A stretch of 61,029 bases of DNA, counting the filler. It is 7 parts of 7 records of this genome, joined end to end, with 100 filler letters (N's around TTAATTAATTAA, not from the genome) between each part and the next. Parts side by side here need not be neighbours in the genome. Positions count along the whole stretch, not along the records: positions 27,974 to 40,097 come from DRR723986_55918; positions 40,198 to 47,539 come from DRR723986_57558; positions 47,640 to 55,132 come from DRR723986_59294; 4 more parts are not named here. The stretch is one strand, 5' to 3'. The notes under the pieces were generated by a model, which was given only the letters and a program-made list of their open reading frames with translations, had not been told where the DNA came from and did not search any database. Shown piece after piece: positions 40,035-51,666 of this stretch (positions are counted from its first letter, which is position 1; every line of letters begins with the position of its first letter). Both the position numbers and the translations under genes were made by a program.

Positions 40035-40097
40035 ATGGCTCATAAAAAAGGAGTTGGTAGTTCTAAAAACGGTAGAGAATCAGAATCGAAACGATTA
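40035..40097 (+). CDS. rpmA: 50S ribosomal protein L27, 3' truncated
   Basis: MAHKKGVGSSKNGRESESKRL. Confidence 0.97.
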
Positions 40098-40197
40098 NNN
40101 NNNNNNNNNNNNNNNNNNNNNNNNNNNNNNNNNNNNNNNNNTTAATTAATTAANNNNNNNNNNNNNNNNNNNNNNNNNNNNNNNNNNNNNNNNNNNN
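40098..40197. other. artificial contig linker
   Basis: N run with TTAATTAATTAA. Confidence 0.99.
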
Positions 40198-40199
40198 AG

Positions 40200-41636
40200 G
40201 ATGTCCTGGAAGTAATCCACGCCGAATCCCAGAGTGGGACGCTGCTGGGGGTATTGGTCCAACTCGGTGGCCAAACTGCTTTGGGCCTTGCCGAAGGTCT
40301 GCAGGCAGCCGGAGTTCCCATTTTGGGCACCAGCCCCGAGGCGATCGATCTTGCTGAGGAACGCGGGTCCTTTGCTCGCATCCTCGATGAGGCGGGGCTA
40401 GTCGCGCCCAAGAATGGCACTGCCACGAGTCTCGCTGAAGCCTCAGCAATCGCCCAGGACATTGGCTTTCCTGTCTTGGTCCGTCCCAGTTATGTCCTCG
40501 GTGGACGTGGGATGGAGATTATCTATGATGCCGAAACGCTCGAGGGCTATTTTGACCGCATTGGTGAATTCGCCATTGTGGGGCCAGACGCACCGCTGCT
40601 TGTCGATCGCTTCTTAGACGATGCTGTCGAGATCGATGTGGACGCCCTCTATGACGGCACGCGCCTGTATGTCGGTGGGGTCATGGAGCACATTGAGGAA
40701 GCCGGAATTCATTCCGGAGATTCCGCTTGCACTCTTCCTCCGGTGACCCTGGGCCGTGATGTCGTGGCCGAAGTGTGTGAGGCAGTAGAGAAGCTTGCCG
40801 CAGGAATAGGCGTGCGGGGACTGATCAATGTGCAATTCGCTGTAGCGGCGGGAGTCCTCTATGTGTTGGAGGCAAACCCTCGGGCCAGCAGGACAGTTCC
40901 CTTCGTGTCTAAGGCTCTGGGAATTCAACTGGCGCGGGCAGCAGCGTTGGTGATGACGGGCTCGAGCGTGGATGAACTGGTCGAAAGCGGCGTTCTTCCC
41001 GCTCTAGACGGCCGTCATGTGCCTGCCAACTCGCGCATTTCAGTCAAAGAAGCGGTGTTGCCCTTCAAACGCTTCCGGACGCCCTCGGGCGATATTGTGG
41101 ACTCCATTTTGGGACCAGAAATGCGCTCGACGGGAGAGGTGATGGGCATCGCCTCCTCCTTCCCGAAAGCCTTTGCTAAGAGCCAAGATGCCGCCTACGG
41201 TGGTTTACCGCGCAGCGGCACGGTCTTTGTCTCCGTGGCTGATCGGGATAAGCGCAGCGTTATCCTGCCGATGTTGCGCCTGAGCCAACTGGGATTCCGA
41301 CTAATCGCCACCGAAGGTACTGCTGAGACGCTCGCGCGCTACGGCATAACTGCCGAAGTCGTGCGCAAACACACGGATGTATCCGGTGAAGGCGAGGGAC
41401 CCAGCATCGTCGACCTGATTCACGCTGGCGAGATCGACATCGTGATTAACACCCCCCGAGGCCGCAGCGCGCGAGCCGACGGATACGAAATTAGGACCGC
41501 CACCGTGGCCGCTGACAAAGCGCTATTCACCACGATCGCTCAGGTGGGTGCTGCGGTGGCGTCTCTGGAAGAGCGCCCCGAACATCCCGAGGTGAAAAGC
41601 CTGCAAGATTACGCAGCCGAGCGGATCACGGCATGA
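40200..41636 (+). CDS. carB: carbamoyl-phosphate synthase large subunit, 5' truncated
   Basis: [50 protein letters not shown] domain. Confidence 0.98.
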   Translation, partial: DVLEVIHAESQSGTLLGVLVQLGGQTALGLAEGLQAAGVPILGTSPEAIDLAEERGSFARILDEAGLVAPKNGTATSLAEASAIAQDIGFPVLVRPSYVLGGRGMEIIYDAETLEGYFDRIGEFAIVGPDAPLLVDRFLDDAVEIDVDALYDGTRLYVGGVMEHIEEAGIHSGDSACTLPPVTLGRDVVAEVCEAVEKLAAGIGVRGLINVQFAVAAGVLYVLEANPRASRTVPFVSKALGIQLARAAALVMTGSSVDELVESGVLPALDGRHVPANSRISVKEAVLPFKRFRTPSGDIVDSILGPEMRSTGEVMGIASSFPKAFAKSQDAAYGGLPRSGTVFVSVADRDKRSVILPMLRLSQLGFRLIATEGTAETLARYGITAEVVRKHTDVSGEGEGPSIVDLIHAGEIDIVINTPRGRSARADGYEIRTATVAADKALFTTIAQVGAAVASLEERPEHPEVKSLQDYAAERITA

Positions 41637-42457
41637 CGTTCGCCTCCGCGCTCAGCGAGATGCGGGTCGATCGGGTTTCTCTCTGCATCGGCGTGGACCC
41701 TCATGCCCACATTCTCGATGCGTGGGGTCTGGAGGATACGCCACGTGGGTTAGATCGCTTCGTTGACCTCGTGGTGGAACAGCTGGGGGACACCCGGGTC
41801 GTGGTCAAGCCTCAGGTTGCCTTCTTTGAGCGACACGGTGTCGCGGGCATGACTGCACTGGCGAAGTTCCTCGGCTCGTGTCGCGCTCACGGCATAGCGA
41901 GTATTGGCGATGCCAAACGCGGAGATATTGGCTCCACCATGGCGGGCTACGCCGATGCCTGGTTGACACCCGGTAGTGATTTCGAAGTCGATGCGCTCAC
42001 CCTGGTCGGTTATCAGGGCGTCGGTGCGTTGGAACCGGCTCTGGATCTAGCTTTGAGCCACGGTAAGGGCGTATTTGTTCTCGCGGCAACGTCCAACCCC
42101 GAAGCATGGCCCACCCAGAGTGCTCGACGCAGCGATGGCCTGACTGTTGCCGCAGGGGTCATCGCGGACATGGAGAGTTGGCGCGAACGCAATCCTCTAG
42201 CGCAAGGCTCCCACGGCATCGTGATTGGCTCCACCGTGTCCCAGGAGCAGCTCGGATTGGACCTCAGTGCCCATCCCACCATGCCGGTATTGGCCCCGGG
42301 GTATGGCGCTCAAGGAGCTAGCCTGGCTGCTGTGCGAGAACATTTCCCCCACAGTGCCAGCGTCATTCCTGTCTCAGCCAGGGCGATTCTTGATGGTGGT
42401 ATCGACGAATTTGGTCCTCGGATTGAAGCCGCTAGGCAGGAAAGTATGTCCGCGTGA
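41633..42457 (+). CDS. pyrF: orotidine-5'-phosphate decarboxylase
   Basis: [31 protein letters not shown]. Confidence 0.96.
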   Translation: MTFASALSEMRVDRVSLCIGVDPHAHILDAWGLEDTPRGLDRFVDLVVEQLGDTRVVVKPQVAFFERHGVAGMTALAKFLGSCRAHGIASIGDAKRGDIGSTMAGYADAWLTPGSDFEVDALTLVGYQGVGALEPALDLALSHGKGVFVLAATSNPEAWPTQSARRSDGLTVAAGVIADMESWRERNPLAQGSHGIVIGSTVSQEQLGLDLSAHPTMPVLAPGYGAQGASLAAVREHFPHSASVIPVSARAILDGGIDEFGPRIEAARQESMSA

Positions 42458-43365
42458 GCCCATTTTCACCACAGGAGGCTTCTCCGCAAGGGGTGGCGAT
42501 GAGACGCAAGCGAGCGGCGCTCAAGCACCTCATCGCCCAAGGACACACCAACATCCTCGATCTCTTTGACCAGGCGTCCGATGATTCCGCACCCTGGGAG
42601 CTTCGAGGCCTTCGCGTAGATTGGTTTCTCAAATCGATTCCGGGTGTAGGCGCAACCAAATGCGAGCGCATCCTTACGTCACTGGGTATTCGGCCTACGG
42701 CTCGCCTGGGCGGGTTGAGGGTAAGACAACGCTCTGCTTTGCGTGTTGAGGTCATCCAGCTCTTGCGTCATTACCTGCCGCATCTACGCGGTGTGTTAAT
42801 TGCCCTGGTCGGTCCTTCGGGAGTGGGCAAGGGCACCATCGTGTCGTGGATTCTTGCGAACTTCCCACAGTTCGTCGTTAGTGTCTCTGCCACCACCCGG
42901 AAAGCTCGAGCTGGTGAAGTGGAAGGGGAGCACTATTTTTTTGTCTCTGAAGCCGAGTTTGACCGCCTCATTGCCGAGGGCGGGCTCATCGAATGGGCCG
43001 TGGTTCATGAAAAGCACCGTTATGGCACCCCTAGCGCACCGGTCCAGGACCAGCTTGATCGGGGAACAAACGTGATTTTGGAGATCGACATTCAAGGGGC
43101 CCGCGCAGTGAAAAAGAAGGCCAAGGATGCCCTGACCGTGTTTGTGGCGCCACCTACCTTTGAGGAGTTGACCAGGCGCTTAGAATCTCGAGGTACTGAG
43201 GATGAGGAAGAAAAACAACGTCGTTTGCGCACAGCCCGCCTCGAACTTGCTGCTCAAAATGAGTGCGACGCGCTTGTGGTCAACACTCACGTCGAGCAAG
43301 CAGGCCAATTCATCGTAGACTTAGCACTTGGTGCACGTACCGATAAAGCTTCCAAGGAGAAATAA
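42454..43365 (+). CDS. gmk: guanylate kinase fused to an N-terminal actinobacterial IHF (mIHF, H2TH) domain
   Basis: [11 protein letters not shown]...[10 protein letters not shown] then [22 protein letters not shown]. Confidence 0.93.
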   Translation: MSPFSPQEASPQGVAMRRKRAALKHLIAQGHTNILDLFDQASDDSAPWELRGLRVDWFLKSIPGVGATKCERILTSLGIRPTARLGGLRVRQRSALRVEVIQLLRHYLPHLRGVLIALVGPSGVGKGTIVSWILANFPQFVVSVSATTRKARAGEVEGEHYFFVSEAEFDRLIAEGGLIEWAVVHEKHRYGTPSAPVQDQLDRGTNVILEIDIQGARAVKKKAKDALTVFVAPPTFEELTRRLESRGTEDEEEKQRRLRTARLELAAQNECDALVVNTHVEQAGQFIVDLALGARTDKASKEK

Positions 43366-43619
43366 TGTCCCTTCACCGCGATGGAATCATCAAGCCGCCT
43401 ATTGACGAACTGTTGACTACGGTCGATTCGAAGTACCAGTTGGTCATTTTTGCGGCTAAGCGTGCTCGCCAAATCAACGCGTATTACTCCGATCTGGGCG
43501 ATGGCAACATCTACGATCACGTAGGCCCTTTGGTGCCTTCGACGATGGATGAAAAAGCCCTCAGCATTGCGTTGCGCGAAATTAACGAGGGCAAGCTTGT
43601 CCTCTCACACAACAGCTAG
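43365..43619 (+). CDS. rpoZ: RNA polymerase omega subunit
   Basis: PPIDELL...[25 protein letters not shown]. Confidence 0.97.
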   Translation: MSLHRDGIIKPPIDELLTTVDSKYQLVIFAAKRARQINAYYSDLGDGNIYDHVGPLVPSTMDEKALSIALREINEGKLVLSHNS

Positions 43620-43626
43620 GTAACTG

Positions 43627-44859
43627 GTGGCCACAGCCAAGGCCAACGTGGGGGATACCCCGCCCAACATTGTGGTGGGTGTCGCCGGAGGGATTGCAGC
43701 CTACAAGGCTGTGTCTTTGGTGCGAGAGCTGGTTCTGCGCGGTGCGACTGTGACAGTCATTCCCACGGCCTCAGCGTTGAAGTTTGTCGGAGTGCCGACG
43801 TGGGAAGCGATTTCTCGTAATGCGGTTCCCACAAGCCTTTTTGATGCGGTGGCCGAGGTGCGCCACGTTGCCTTGGGACACAACGCCGATCTTGTGATTG
43901 TGGCGCCCGCTACCGCACACACCCTGGCCTCCATGGCGGCAGGTTTAGCACCGGACTTACTGGGGACCACGTTATTGGCTACCAGGGCCCCTGTGTTGGT
44001 GGCTCCTGCCATGCACACAGAAATGTGGGAACACCCCAGCGTGGTGGCAAATATGGCCACGCTGATGTCTCGAGGAATTCACGCGGTGGGTCCAGAATCT
44101 GGGGCCCTCACCGGCCAGGACGTCGGGTTGGGCCGCATGGCCGAGCCCGAAGACATCGCTGAAGCAGCCTGGAATTTACTGGGCGCCGCGGTGGTGAGTG
44201 ATTCCCCGTGGGCAGGCAAAAACGTGGTCATTTCTGCCGGGGGCACTCGTGAATACCTCGACCCGGTGCGCTTTATTGGAAACCGGTCTACGGGCGAAAT
44301 GGGCGTGAGCCTTGCCCGCGCTGCTGTTGCTCGCGGTGCCACTGTCACCCTGGTCGCTGCCAACCTTGAAGTGGCCCTACCGGGTGGTATCGAGGTTGTG
44401 CACGCCCCTGACGCTGAGTCTATGGAGCGCGAGATGGTGTCCCGCAGCACCGAGGCGGACGTCGTGATCATGGCGGCTGCTGTGGCCGACTGGATCCCTG
44501 TGGAGAGTCACAGCGAGAAGCTCACGAAATCTGAGACGGGGGAGACCTGGAGTCCCGAGCTTCGCCAAGCTCCCGATATTCTGGCCACCCTAGGTGCCCA
44601 CAAACCCTCTGGTCAGCTTCTGGTGGGCTTTGCCGCCGAAACCAGCGACGATGTTGCCACCCGCGAATCCCATGCCCGAGACAAGTTGGCGAGAAAAAAC
44701 ACCGATGTGATGGTGTTAAATCAGGTGGGACCTCAGGTAGGATTTGGACCAGTAGAAACGGCAGTGACACTGTTTTTCACCGCGAGCCCGCAGTCACGCG
44801 CCATTGAAGGAATGAAATCTTCCGTTGCGGGGCGGCTACTGGATGCCCTGCTTGAGTAA
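43627..44859 (+). CDS. coaBC: phosphopantothenoylcysteine decarboxylase/ligase
   Basis: GGIAAYK, APAMHTEMW, GGTREYLDPVRFIGNRSTG, VGFAAET. Confidence 0.97.
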   Translation: MATAKANVGDTPPNIVVGVAGGIAAYKAVSLVRELVLRGATVTVIPTASALKFVGVPTWEAISRNAVPTSLFDAVAEVRHVALGHNADLVIVAPATAHTLASMAAGLAPDLLGTTLLATRAPVLVAPAMHTEMWEHPSVVANMATLMSRGIHAVGPESGALTGQDVGLGRMAEPEDIAEAAWNLLGAAVVSDSPWAGKNVVISAGGTREYLDPVRFIGNRSTGEMGVSLARAAVARGATVTLVAANLEVALPGGIEVVHAPDAESMEREMVSRSTEADVVIMAAAVADWIPVESHSEKLTKSETGETWSPELRQAPDILATLGAHKPSGQLLVGFAAETSDDVATRESHARDKLARKNTDVMVLNQVGPQVGFGPVETAVTLFFTASPQSRAIEGMKSSVAGRLLDALLE

Positions 44860-44872
44860 TTGAGGTGGGCTT

Positions 44873-46051
44873 GTGAGGTACTTCTCTTCCGAATCTGTGA
44901 CCGAGGGTCACCCGGACAAAATGTGCGATCAAATTAGTGATGCACTCCTCGATGCGTTTCTCGCGGGGGATAAGGGGACGCGGTGCGCGATCGAATCCCT
45001 CAGCGCTGGAAACATGATTCATGTCGCCGGTGAGGTTACTTCGACAACCACCGTCGACGTCGAGAAAGTCGTTCGCGATCTCGTACGCTCGATTGGTTAC
45101 ACGCAGCAGTCCTTTGGCATTGACGCCGATGGTTTTGATTGGCACCTCTCACTGGGCCAACAATCACCCGATATTGCCCACGGTGTCGATCAGTCACTCG
45201 AACAGCGCACTGAGGGCTCCACCGACCCCTACGACACCTTGGGTGCCGGCGACCAGGGAATTATGTTTGGGTATGCCACTACCGAGACGGAGGCCTATAT
45301 GCCGATGCCGCTGTGGCTCTCCCACCGGTTGGCGCAGCAGCTTTCTGTAGCCCGCAAAACGGGGCTGATTGACTATCTGCGCCCGGATGGGAAAACGCAG
45401 GTGACCATTGGATACGACGATGGCAAGCCCGTCGAGTTGAACACCGTCGTGATTTCGACCCAGCACGACCCCGGTATTTCCCAACCCCAAATTGAGGCTG
45501 ACCTCAAGAAGCATGTCATTGCCCCAGTTCTCGAATTAGTCGACCTCGATGCGTCCCACACTCGGTATTTGATTAACCCCAGTGGCGAGTTCGTGACCGG
45601 TGGTCCTGATGGCGACGCGGGCTTGACCGGTCGCAAAATTATTGTTGACACCTACGGTGGAGCGGCTCGCCATGGTGGTGGAGCCTTTAGTGGCAAGGAT
45701 CCGACCAAGGTCGACCGCTCGGCTGCGTATGCACTGCGGTGGGTCGCAAAGAACGCTGTGGCTGCTGGATTTGCCGACAAACTCGAAATTCAAGTCTCCT
45801 ACGCTATTGGTACGGCAAGGCCAACCAGCATGTTTATTGAAACCTTCGGTACCGAAAAAATCGGCACGGATCAGATCGAAAAAGCAATCACTACCGTCTT
45901 TGACCTGCGACCCAGCGCGATTATCGAAGAACTCGATTTGCTCAATACTCCGTTCTTGCCCACCGCTGCTTATGGGCACTTTGGGCGCACGGATCAAGAT
46001 TTCCCCTGGGAGCGGCTTAACAGAGTGGAGCAGTTACGCCAAGCTAGTTAA
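44873..46051 (+). CDS. metK: S-adenosylmethionine synthetase
   Basis: [26 protein letters not shown]. Confidence 0.99.
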   Translation: MRYFSSESVTEGHPDKMCDQISDALLDAFLAGDKGTRCAIESLSAGNMIHVAGEVTSTTTVDVEKVVRDLVRSIGYTQQSFGIDADGFDWHLSLGQQSPDIAHGVDQSLEQRTEGSTDPYDTLGAGDQGIMFGYATTETEAYMPMPLWLSHRLAQQLSVARKTGLIDYLRPDGKTQVTIGYDDGKPVELNTVVISTQHDPGISQPQIEADLKKHVIAPVLELVDLDASHTRYLINPSGEFVTGGPDGDAGLTGRKIIVDTYGGAARHGGGAFSGKDPTKVDRSAAYALRWVAKNAVAAGFADKLEIQVSYAIGTARPTSMFIETFGTEKIGTDQIEKAITTVFDLRPSAIIEELDLLNTPFLPTAAYGHFGRTDQDFPWERLNRVEQLRQAS

Positions 46052-46053
46052 CT

Positions 46054-47539
46054 GTGAGCAACAGTTATCCCATAGCGCGCGTTGTTCTCGATACCCGTCT
46101 GCCCCAGCTCGATCGGCTTTTTGATTACGCCATCGAGCCTGGAGCCAAAGTCACTCCGGGGGTTCGAGTCAAGGTCCCACTGCGCTCGAGTGCGCGCTTC
46201 GCACCTGGATATGTCCATAGTGTGGTCGACAACTCAGAGCACAAGGGGAAACTGACCCCGCTTGCCGAGGTCGTCTCACAAGCTCAGGTCATGCCGGAGC
46301 GACTCTATGACCTGTGTGACGAGGTAGCCCGCCGGTGCGCGGGCAGTACCTCCGATGTGTTGCGTTTAGCGATTCCCCCACGCTACGTCCGGGTGGAAAA
46401 GGCCTGGCTGTCAAGGGAAGAATCGCCAGTGCCTGCGGGGGGAGAAGCAGACCCAGCGGCCTCACTGGAGGTTCCGACATGGGAGGGCTACGCCGGGAAA
46501 TCCGCTGAGGACATGCTGGAGCCTGGAACTCGGTGGTCGCTCTCGACACCCTATGGGGTGGTGGAGGTGCCCCAGGGTGCCACCGTGCCGAGATCTACGA
46601 TGCCCATCGTGTCCTTAGCGGCCACAGCGCTCTCTCGGGGGCAATCCACGATTATCGTGGTGCCCGATTGGCGCGACCTTGAGAGCTTCCAGAAGGCTCT
46701 CGAATCTTCCCTTGCGCCCGAAGGGCTGGCTTTTCTCCACACTCAGCAGCCCCCAGCCCAGCGCTATCAGAATTATCTTCGGACTCTGCAGCCACAGCCC
46801 GTCGTTGTGCTCGGCAGTCGTCATGCGATCTATGCACCGGTGTCGAACCTGGCTGCGATTGTCGTTCTCGAGGATGGGGACGAGGCTCACCGCGAACCGC
46901 TGGCTCCCTATCCCCACACACGGGACATCGCCACGATTCGTGCTGGGCAGGATAACGCGGCACTCATTTTTGCCAGCATGACGCCGAGCTATGCGGTGCG
47001 CCGTTGGATAGACATGGGCTATGTGTCGCCCGTCGCTCCCACACCATCGTCACGGGCCAAGGTTGTCCCGACCGCTTTGACCACGTCGCACGATAGTTTT
47101 AGCTCGCCAGCTCGATTGCCCTCGCTCGCTGTCCTCGGTGCGAAAGAAGCGCTAACTCGTGGGCCGGTCTTGATTCAGGTTTTCCGGGCGGGGTACTCCT
47201 CGGGCCTTGCGTGCGAGGCGTGTGGGGAGCGAGGTATGTGTCGTGAGTGTCATGGCCCTCTGAGATTGCCCGGACAGGGCTCGTCGCCCTCGTGTGCCTG
47301 GTGCGGGGTCACCGTCAGCGCGTGGAGTTGTCAGGAGTGCCGCGGCTCTCGTTTAGTTCCCCGAGGCCAGGGGATTGGTCGCACCGTCGCAGATTTCGGC
47401 AAAACCTTTCCCGGCGTGACCATAATTCGCTCTGATGGCGAACACCCGGTGGCCTCGGTGGGGGCGCAACCCGCGCTGGTGGTGGCCACCAGGGGCTCGG
47501 AACCTATCGCCCAGGGGGGCTATTGCGCCGCGCTTTTAC
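46054..47539 (+). CDS. priA: primosomal protein N', 3' truncated
   Basis: LDRLFDY, zinc-finger CxxC array (CEAC, CREC, CAWC, CQEC), position after metK. Confidence 0.92.
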
Positions 47540-47639
47540 NNNNNNNNNNNNNNNNNNNNNNNNNNNNNNNNNNNNNNNNNNNNTTAATTAATTAANNNNN
47601 NNNNNNNNNNNNNNNNNNNNNNNNNNNNNNNNNNNNNNN
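47540..47639. other. artificial contig linker
   Basis: N run with TTAATTAATTAA. Confidence 0.99.
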
Positions 47640-47797
47640 GTGCTGTGAGCCGTAAATCCACGGGTCTTCCAATCATCAGAGTTGTATATAAAGAGCTGTT
47701 AGTCCCATGGTCAACTTTTAGGGCCTGTGAGCCGTGTTGATTTTTTTGGAGTTCAGAATTTTGACCGTTTAGCCAGATTAGTGAGCCCACTAATCTG
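47640..47797. repeat. IS-terminus-like motifs and a perfect hairpin
   Basis: GTGCTGTGAGCCG 47640-47652; TTA|GGGCCTGTGAGCCG 47718-47734; CAGATTAGTG-AGCC-CACTAATCTG 47774-47797. Confidence 0.5.
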
Positions 47798-48290
47798 AAA
47801 ATCCAACCCATTCAAACTTTAGCACTTGTATCTCCCAACTATTTGGCAGACTGATAAATGGCGTTTTATCGAGCTATTCTACATCTTTGTGATCCGGGGT
47901 TAAAAAACTAGTACAAGGTTTCTCGGGCCAAACAGCGATCAAGCGAGATATAGTCGTATAGTAGATTCTAGATAAGACTGCTATCCATACGTGTAGATAC
48001 GAAGCAGGCCTCGTCTCTGATCCACGTGCGTCAAACCCAAAAACTCCACGCCAAACCCCAAGCTCAACCCCAGGCCACCGTGCCGGCCACCCGTCGCCGA
48101 GAATTTAGTGTGGAGAAGCGGCATGGCACATCTCCACCTGCATGCCACGGTGTCGATTTTTCGGCGCAATGTGGCGCTACGGTTGTATCTTTAGAATGAA
48201 GAAACATGTGTCTGGACCACCCGGCACTGAGTAGCGGTCAAACCCAATTCCCCGAGCAAATTGTACCACACAAACACTATCGTTGCCCCA

Positions 48291-49325
48291 ATGCTTATCA
48301 CAAGTACAAGCGCCGCATTGCCCAAAATGATTGAGTCTCTGGCCAAGGCCCTGAAAGTCGAAATGCAGGTTGATTGTGATGAGTATTTTCTGGAGCTGCC
48401 GCAAGAAATAGGCGAAGGCAGTATTCGTGGAATTGACTTCAGTTGTGGCCTGGGGCTGCTGCAGTTTGCATGCACCCTCAAAAAAGAACTGCAGTTGCAT
48501 TTCGATCACAAGGGGCAGCATCGTTTGCGGATGGCATATTGTACCGAGGGAGTGATAACACATACCCTGGCGGGCAACCAGATAAACTATGAACTAAAGG
48601 CTCTGCAGGGCTCAATTTCTGCCAGTACGGACCAAAACAATTTGACATTAACCTTTTTACCTGGGCCGCGCATTCGTTTCACCACACTGGAAATCAATCG
48701 GGGCGACTATTTAGATAAAGTTGAATGTAATCTGAGCGATCTGCCTAAACCACTGGCTAATACTCTTACCGATGTTGAGTCACACGCCGCGTTTTTGTAC
48801 CAGCGCGATTTCAGCATTGCAATCTCCGAAACACTGACAGATATCGCCAATACCGAATATTCCGGGCTGGCGCGTAAAAGTTTTCTGGAGGGCAAGGCGC
48901 ATGAGCTGCTCGCTCAGCAGATTCGACAGTTTGAAGCCGATGCCGGAGATCCCGAAGATCGACGAATCGTCATTCGCAAGGCCGATGTAGAGCGCATAAA
49001 ACAAGCACGCAAAATTTTGTTGGACCATCTTGAAGAACCACCGAAAGTACCTGAGTTGGCACGCCAGGTTGGAATTAATATTAACAAGTTGCAGCAAGGG
49101 TTTAAGTCGGTATTTGATACTACGATCTCACAGTATATACTCGCGCAACGCATGGACCGCGCCAAACTGCTTTTGATGGAAGGTAGTTTGTCAATCGGCG
49201 AAATTGCCGAAGCTATCGGCTACACAAATGCCAGCCACTTTACGCGTCGCTTCAAAGAACGATTTGGAGCTGTGCCGCGCGAATTTGTTAAGAATTTGAA
49301 ACTGGAAATCGATGAGATTCGCTAG
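48291..49325 (+). CDS. AraC family transcriptional regulator
   Basis: ELARQVGININKLQQGFK, IGEIAEAIGYTNASHFTRRFKERFG. Confidence 0.95.
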   Translation: MLITSTSAALPKMIESLAKALKVEMQVDCDEYFLELPQEIGEGSIRGIDFSCGLGLLQFACTLKKELQLHFDHKGQHRLRMAYCTEGVITHTLAGNQINYELKALQGSISASTDQNNLTLTFLPGPRIRFTTLEINRGDYLDKVECNLSDLPKPLANTLTDVESHAAFLYQRDFSIAISETLTDIANTEYSGLARKSFLEGKAHELLAQQIRQFEADAGDPEDRRIVIRKADVERIKQARKILLDHLEEPPKVPELARQVGININKLQQGFKSVFDTTISQYILAQRMDRAKLLLMEGSLSIGEIAEAIGYTNASHFTRRFKERFGAVPREFVKNLKLEIDEIR

Positions 49326-49920
49326 GCCGCGTACACCGCGTAGTTCAGCCGCCGGCACGATCCAAATAAGGCGCGTTTTTGCTTGCTGCTTAGCGGAAAA
49401 AAAATCGTGGTAATCAGGACAATATTAGAGGTAATCACATTATTCCACCTGAGGCAAAAATCACTATTTTTGTAACCTGACTGCGCGTGATTCTGGTAAT
49501 ATAGTGCTGTATATCTTGTTCCCCGGCGGGCAGGCAGCGCTGCTGCGCCAGAGGTAGAACTCATACAAACTACACTAATTGCAACGGCACGCGCGGGAAG
49601 CACATTCACACACACTCTGATGGTATTCTAAGGTTTCGGATGGCATCTGCTCATGCGTCCGATGACATTTTTATTGCATGCCTGCCTCAGGTTCTACTGA
49701 ATCTGAGCAGGGTGTTTATGTAGCGCGAAGACTGAACTTGACAGTCTATTCTGATTTGTAGCACTCTGCTCTAGTAACGCAATTTGTCAGGCGACTTCCC
49801 CGATGTTGTAGTTGGGGGAGTAGTCAGGCTGTGCCTTGAACTATTTGATACTTGCAGCACGACAGCTAAGCAGAATAGACAAACTTTATAATTGTAAAAC
49901 TCCGAGAAAAGGGAATTGTT

Positions 49921-50367
49921 ATGACCCGCAAGAGTCGGACCTGCCGCGTGCCAAATACATCGGCGCGTCTTGTTAAGTTTTTTTCCACGTTTGGCCTTGC
50001 ATCACTGTGCCTGCTGTCTTCGATCGTATTGCTGCCCGCCTGCAGCAGCGAGCCGGAATCCGCTAAGCAGGAAGTCAGCCAGGATTTCGAACAAACCAAA
50101 CGAGCCTTTAAGCGTGAAACTGGCCAGGCAATCGATGAAATTGATCGGAAGATCAATGAATTGGAGGCCTCAATTGAAGATGGTGCCGAAGAGACCAAAG
50201 AAGCCAGTGAACCGGCACTTGAAGGACTAAAAAACATGCGCTCAAAACTGGCTGACAAAATGGATGAAATCGGTGACACCAGCGAAGATGCCTGGGACGA
50301 TTTCACGTCCGAAACATCAGATATGATTGATGACATAGGCAATGAAATTGAAAATGCGTTTGACTAA
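49921..50367 (+). CDS. helical acidic lipoprotein
   Basis: Lipobox LLPAC; amphipathic helices; EDAWDDF. Confidence 0.7.
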   Translation: MTRKSRTCRVPNTSARLVKFFSTFGLASLCLLSSIVLLPACSSEPESAKQEVSQDFEQTKRAFKRETGQAIDEIDRKINELEASIEDGAEETKEASEPALEGLKNMRSKLADKMDEIGDTSEDAWDDFTSETSDMIDDIGNEIENAFD

Positions 50368-50451
50368 CTCCACAGTAATTCCTTCGCAATTTGTGTGTGC
50401 ATTTCTCCTTGAAATACTCACGAAACAAACGCTTAAACTACAAAGGAGCAC

Positions 50452-51177
50452 GTGATGTCAACTCAAATAAATACCAAGATTTTTCCGCTTGTGAACAATC
50501 TTTTTGCCCGGATCGTTTGCCTCATTGTGTTAAGTCTGGCTGCACACGCTGAACCCCGTGCGCAGGATTCTGACGTAGATGTTAATATTGAGGTGCAGGA
50601 TGAAGACCAGGACGCCGCCGCCGATGATGATGAGCGCCTGGGGCTCGGTGCCGGTCTGCTCCTGGGGCACTATAAAAGTGGTGATGCCGACGAAGGTAGC
50701 TCGGTATATGGCGGTATCGTGCGAATGCGTCCCGGCCCCACTTTTGGCGTCGAAGGCAGTGTGCTGTTCGGCGGTGAACAGAAATTTGACTTTGGAACAG
50801 TCGCCGGAATTGATGCCGGAGCAACTGAACAAAGTGTCGATATCACTGCCGCGCTGCTACTGTATTTTCCGGTTGAAGAAATTAACATCGAACCCTATGT
50901 GTCTGCCGGCGTCGGCCTCTACTTTTCCTCCGTTGCATACTCGGCGGACCTCAAAAATTTGGGGACGGCTGGGTTTGAGGACGAGACGAATGTAACACCG
51001 GGTTACCATTTGGGTTTTGGAGCTGAAGTTCCTATCAGTGAGGCCTTGCGCATCACAGGCGGCTATCGCTACGTCTTTCGCGATGGTGACTTTAAGGAAG
51101 GTGACGAATTTGACTTCAGTTCCAAAAACTTGAGCGGAAACCTGTTTTCGATTGGTTTTATCGTGTACTTCCAATAA
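50452..51177 (+). CDS. outer-membrane beta-barrel protein (8-stranded type)
   Basis: RBS AAGGAG; PYVSAGVG, GYHLGFGAE, C-terminal IGFIVYFQ. Confidence 0.82.
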   Translation: MMSTQINTKIFPLVNNLFARIVCLIVLSLAAHAEPRAQDSDVDVNIEVQDEDQDAAADDDERLGLGAGLLLGHYKSGDADEGSSVYGGIVRMRPGPTFGVEGSVLFGGEQKFDFGTVAGIDAGATEQSVDITAALLLYFPVEEINIEPYVSAGVGLYFSSVAYSADLKNLGTAGFEDETNVTPGYHLGFGAEVPISEALRITGGYRYVFRDGDFKEGDEFDFSSKNLSGNLFSIGFIVYFQ

Positions 51178-51225
51178 TCAATAAACCACACATATTTTTG
51201 AATTTTCACAACCTTGGAGTTTAAC

Positions 51226-51429
51226 ATGGATAAGTATCAAATCAAAGGCAACTGGAACGAAATTAAAGGCAAAATGAAGCAGCAATACGCTGACCTTACC
51301 GACAATGATCTACTCTATGTAGAAGGTAAGGAAGATGAGCTGATCGGACGCCTGCAGCAAAAGCTCGGAAAAACGCGAGAGGAAGTTCAGCAGACTCTAA
51401 ACCAGCATGGTGCCAACCTGCACGTTTAA
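51226..51429 (+). CDS. CsbD family stress protein
   Basis: [24 protein letters not shown]...[14 protein letters not shown]. Confidence 0.95.
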   Translation: MDKYQIKGNWNEIKGKMKQQYADLTDNDLLYVEGKEDELIGRLQQKLGKTREEVQQTLNQHGANLHV

Positions 51430-51538
51430 GTTTGTTGAACCTACGGTAGTTACGCTCCGACACAGAGTCGGAAGTCGTTGATGTTTTCTGTGGGTGGATT
51501 CATCTTCTACGCCGATGTATATTACGGTGCGTAACAAG

Positions 51539-51578
51539 AAAAAGGCTGTTCCCTGTGTACGGGGAATGGCCTTTTTTG
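51539..51578 (+). terminator. intrinsic terminator
   Basis: AAAAGGCTGTTCCC...GGGAATGGCCTTTTTT. Confidence 0.8.
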
Positions 51579-51591
51579 TTAAGCGGACCTT

Positions 51592-51666
51592 AGGTTAACA
51601 GAAATGTCAGGTTAACAGAAGTGTCAGGTTAACAGAAATGTCAGGTTAACAGAAAGGTTAAGTGTC
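51592..51666 (+). repeat. 17-bp tandem direct repeat (3 full copies plus partial)
   Basis: AGGTTAACAGAA(A/G)TGTC at 51592, 51609 and 51626; partial copy at 51643. Confidence 0.9.

Noticed and set aside
51449-51535. tRNA gene
   Set aside because: No GTTCRA T-loop, no canonical anticodon arm and no CCA.
51592-51666. CRISPR array
   Set aside because: Units are contiguous with no unique spacers and are only 17 bp; no cas genes.
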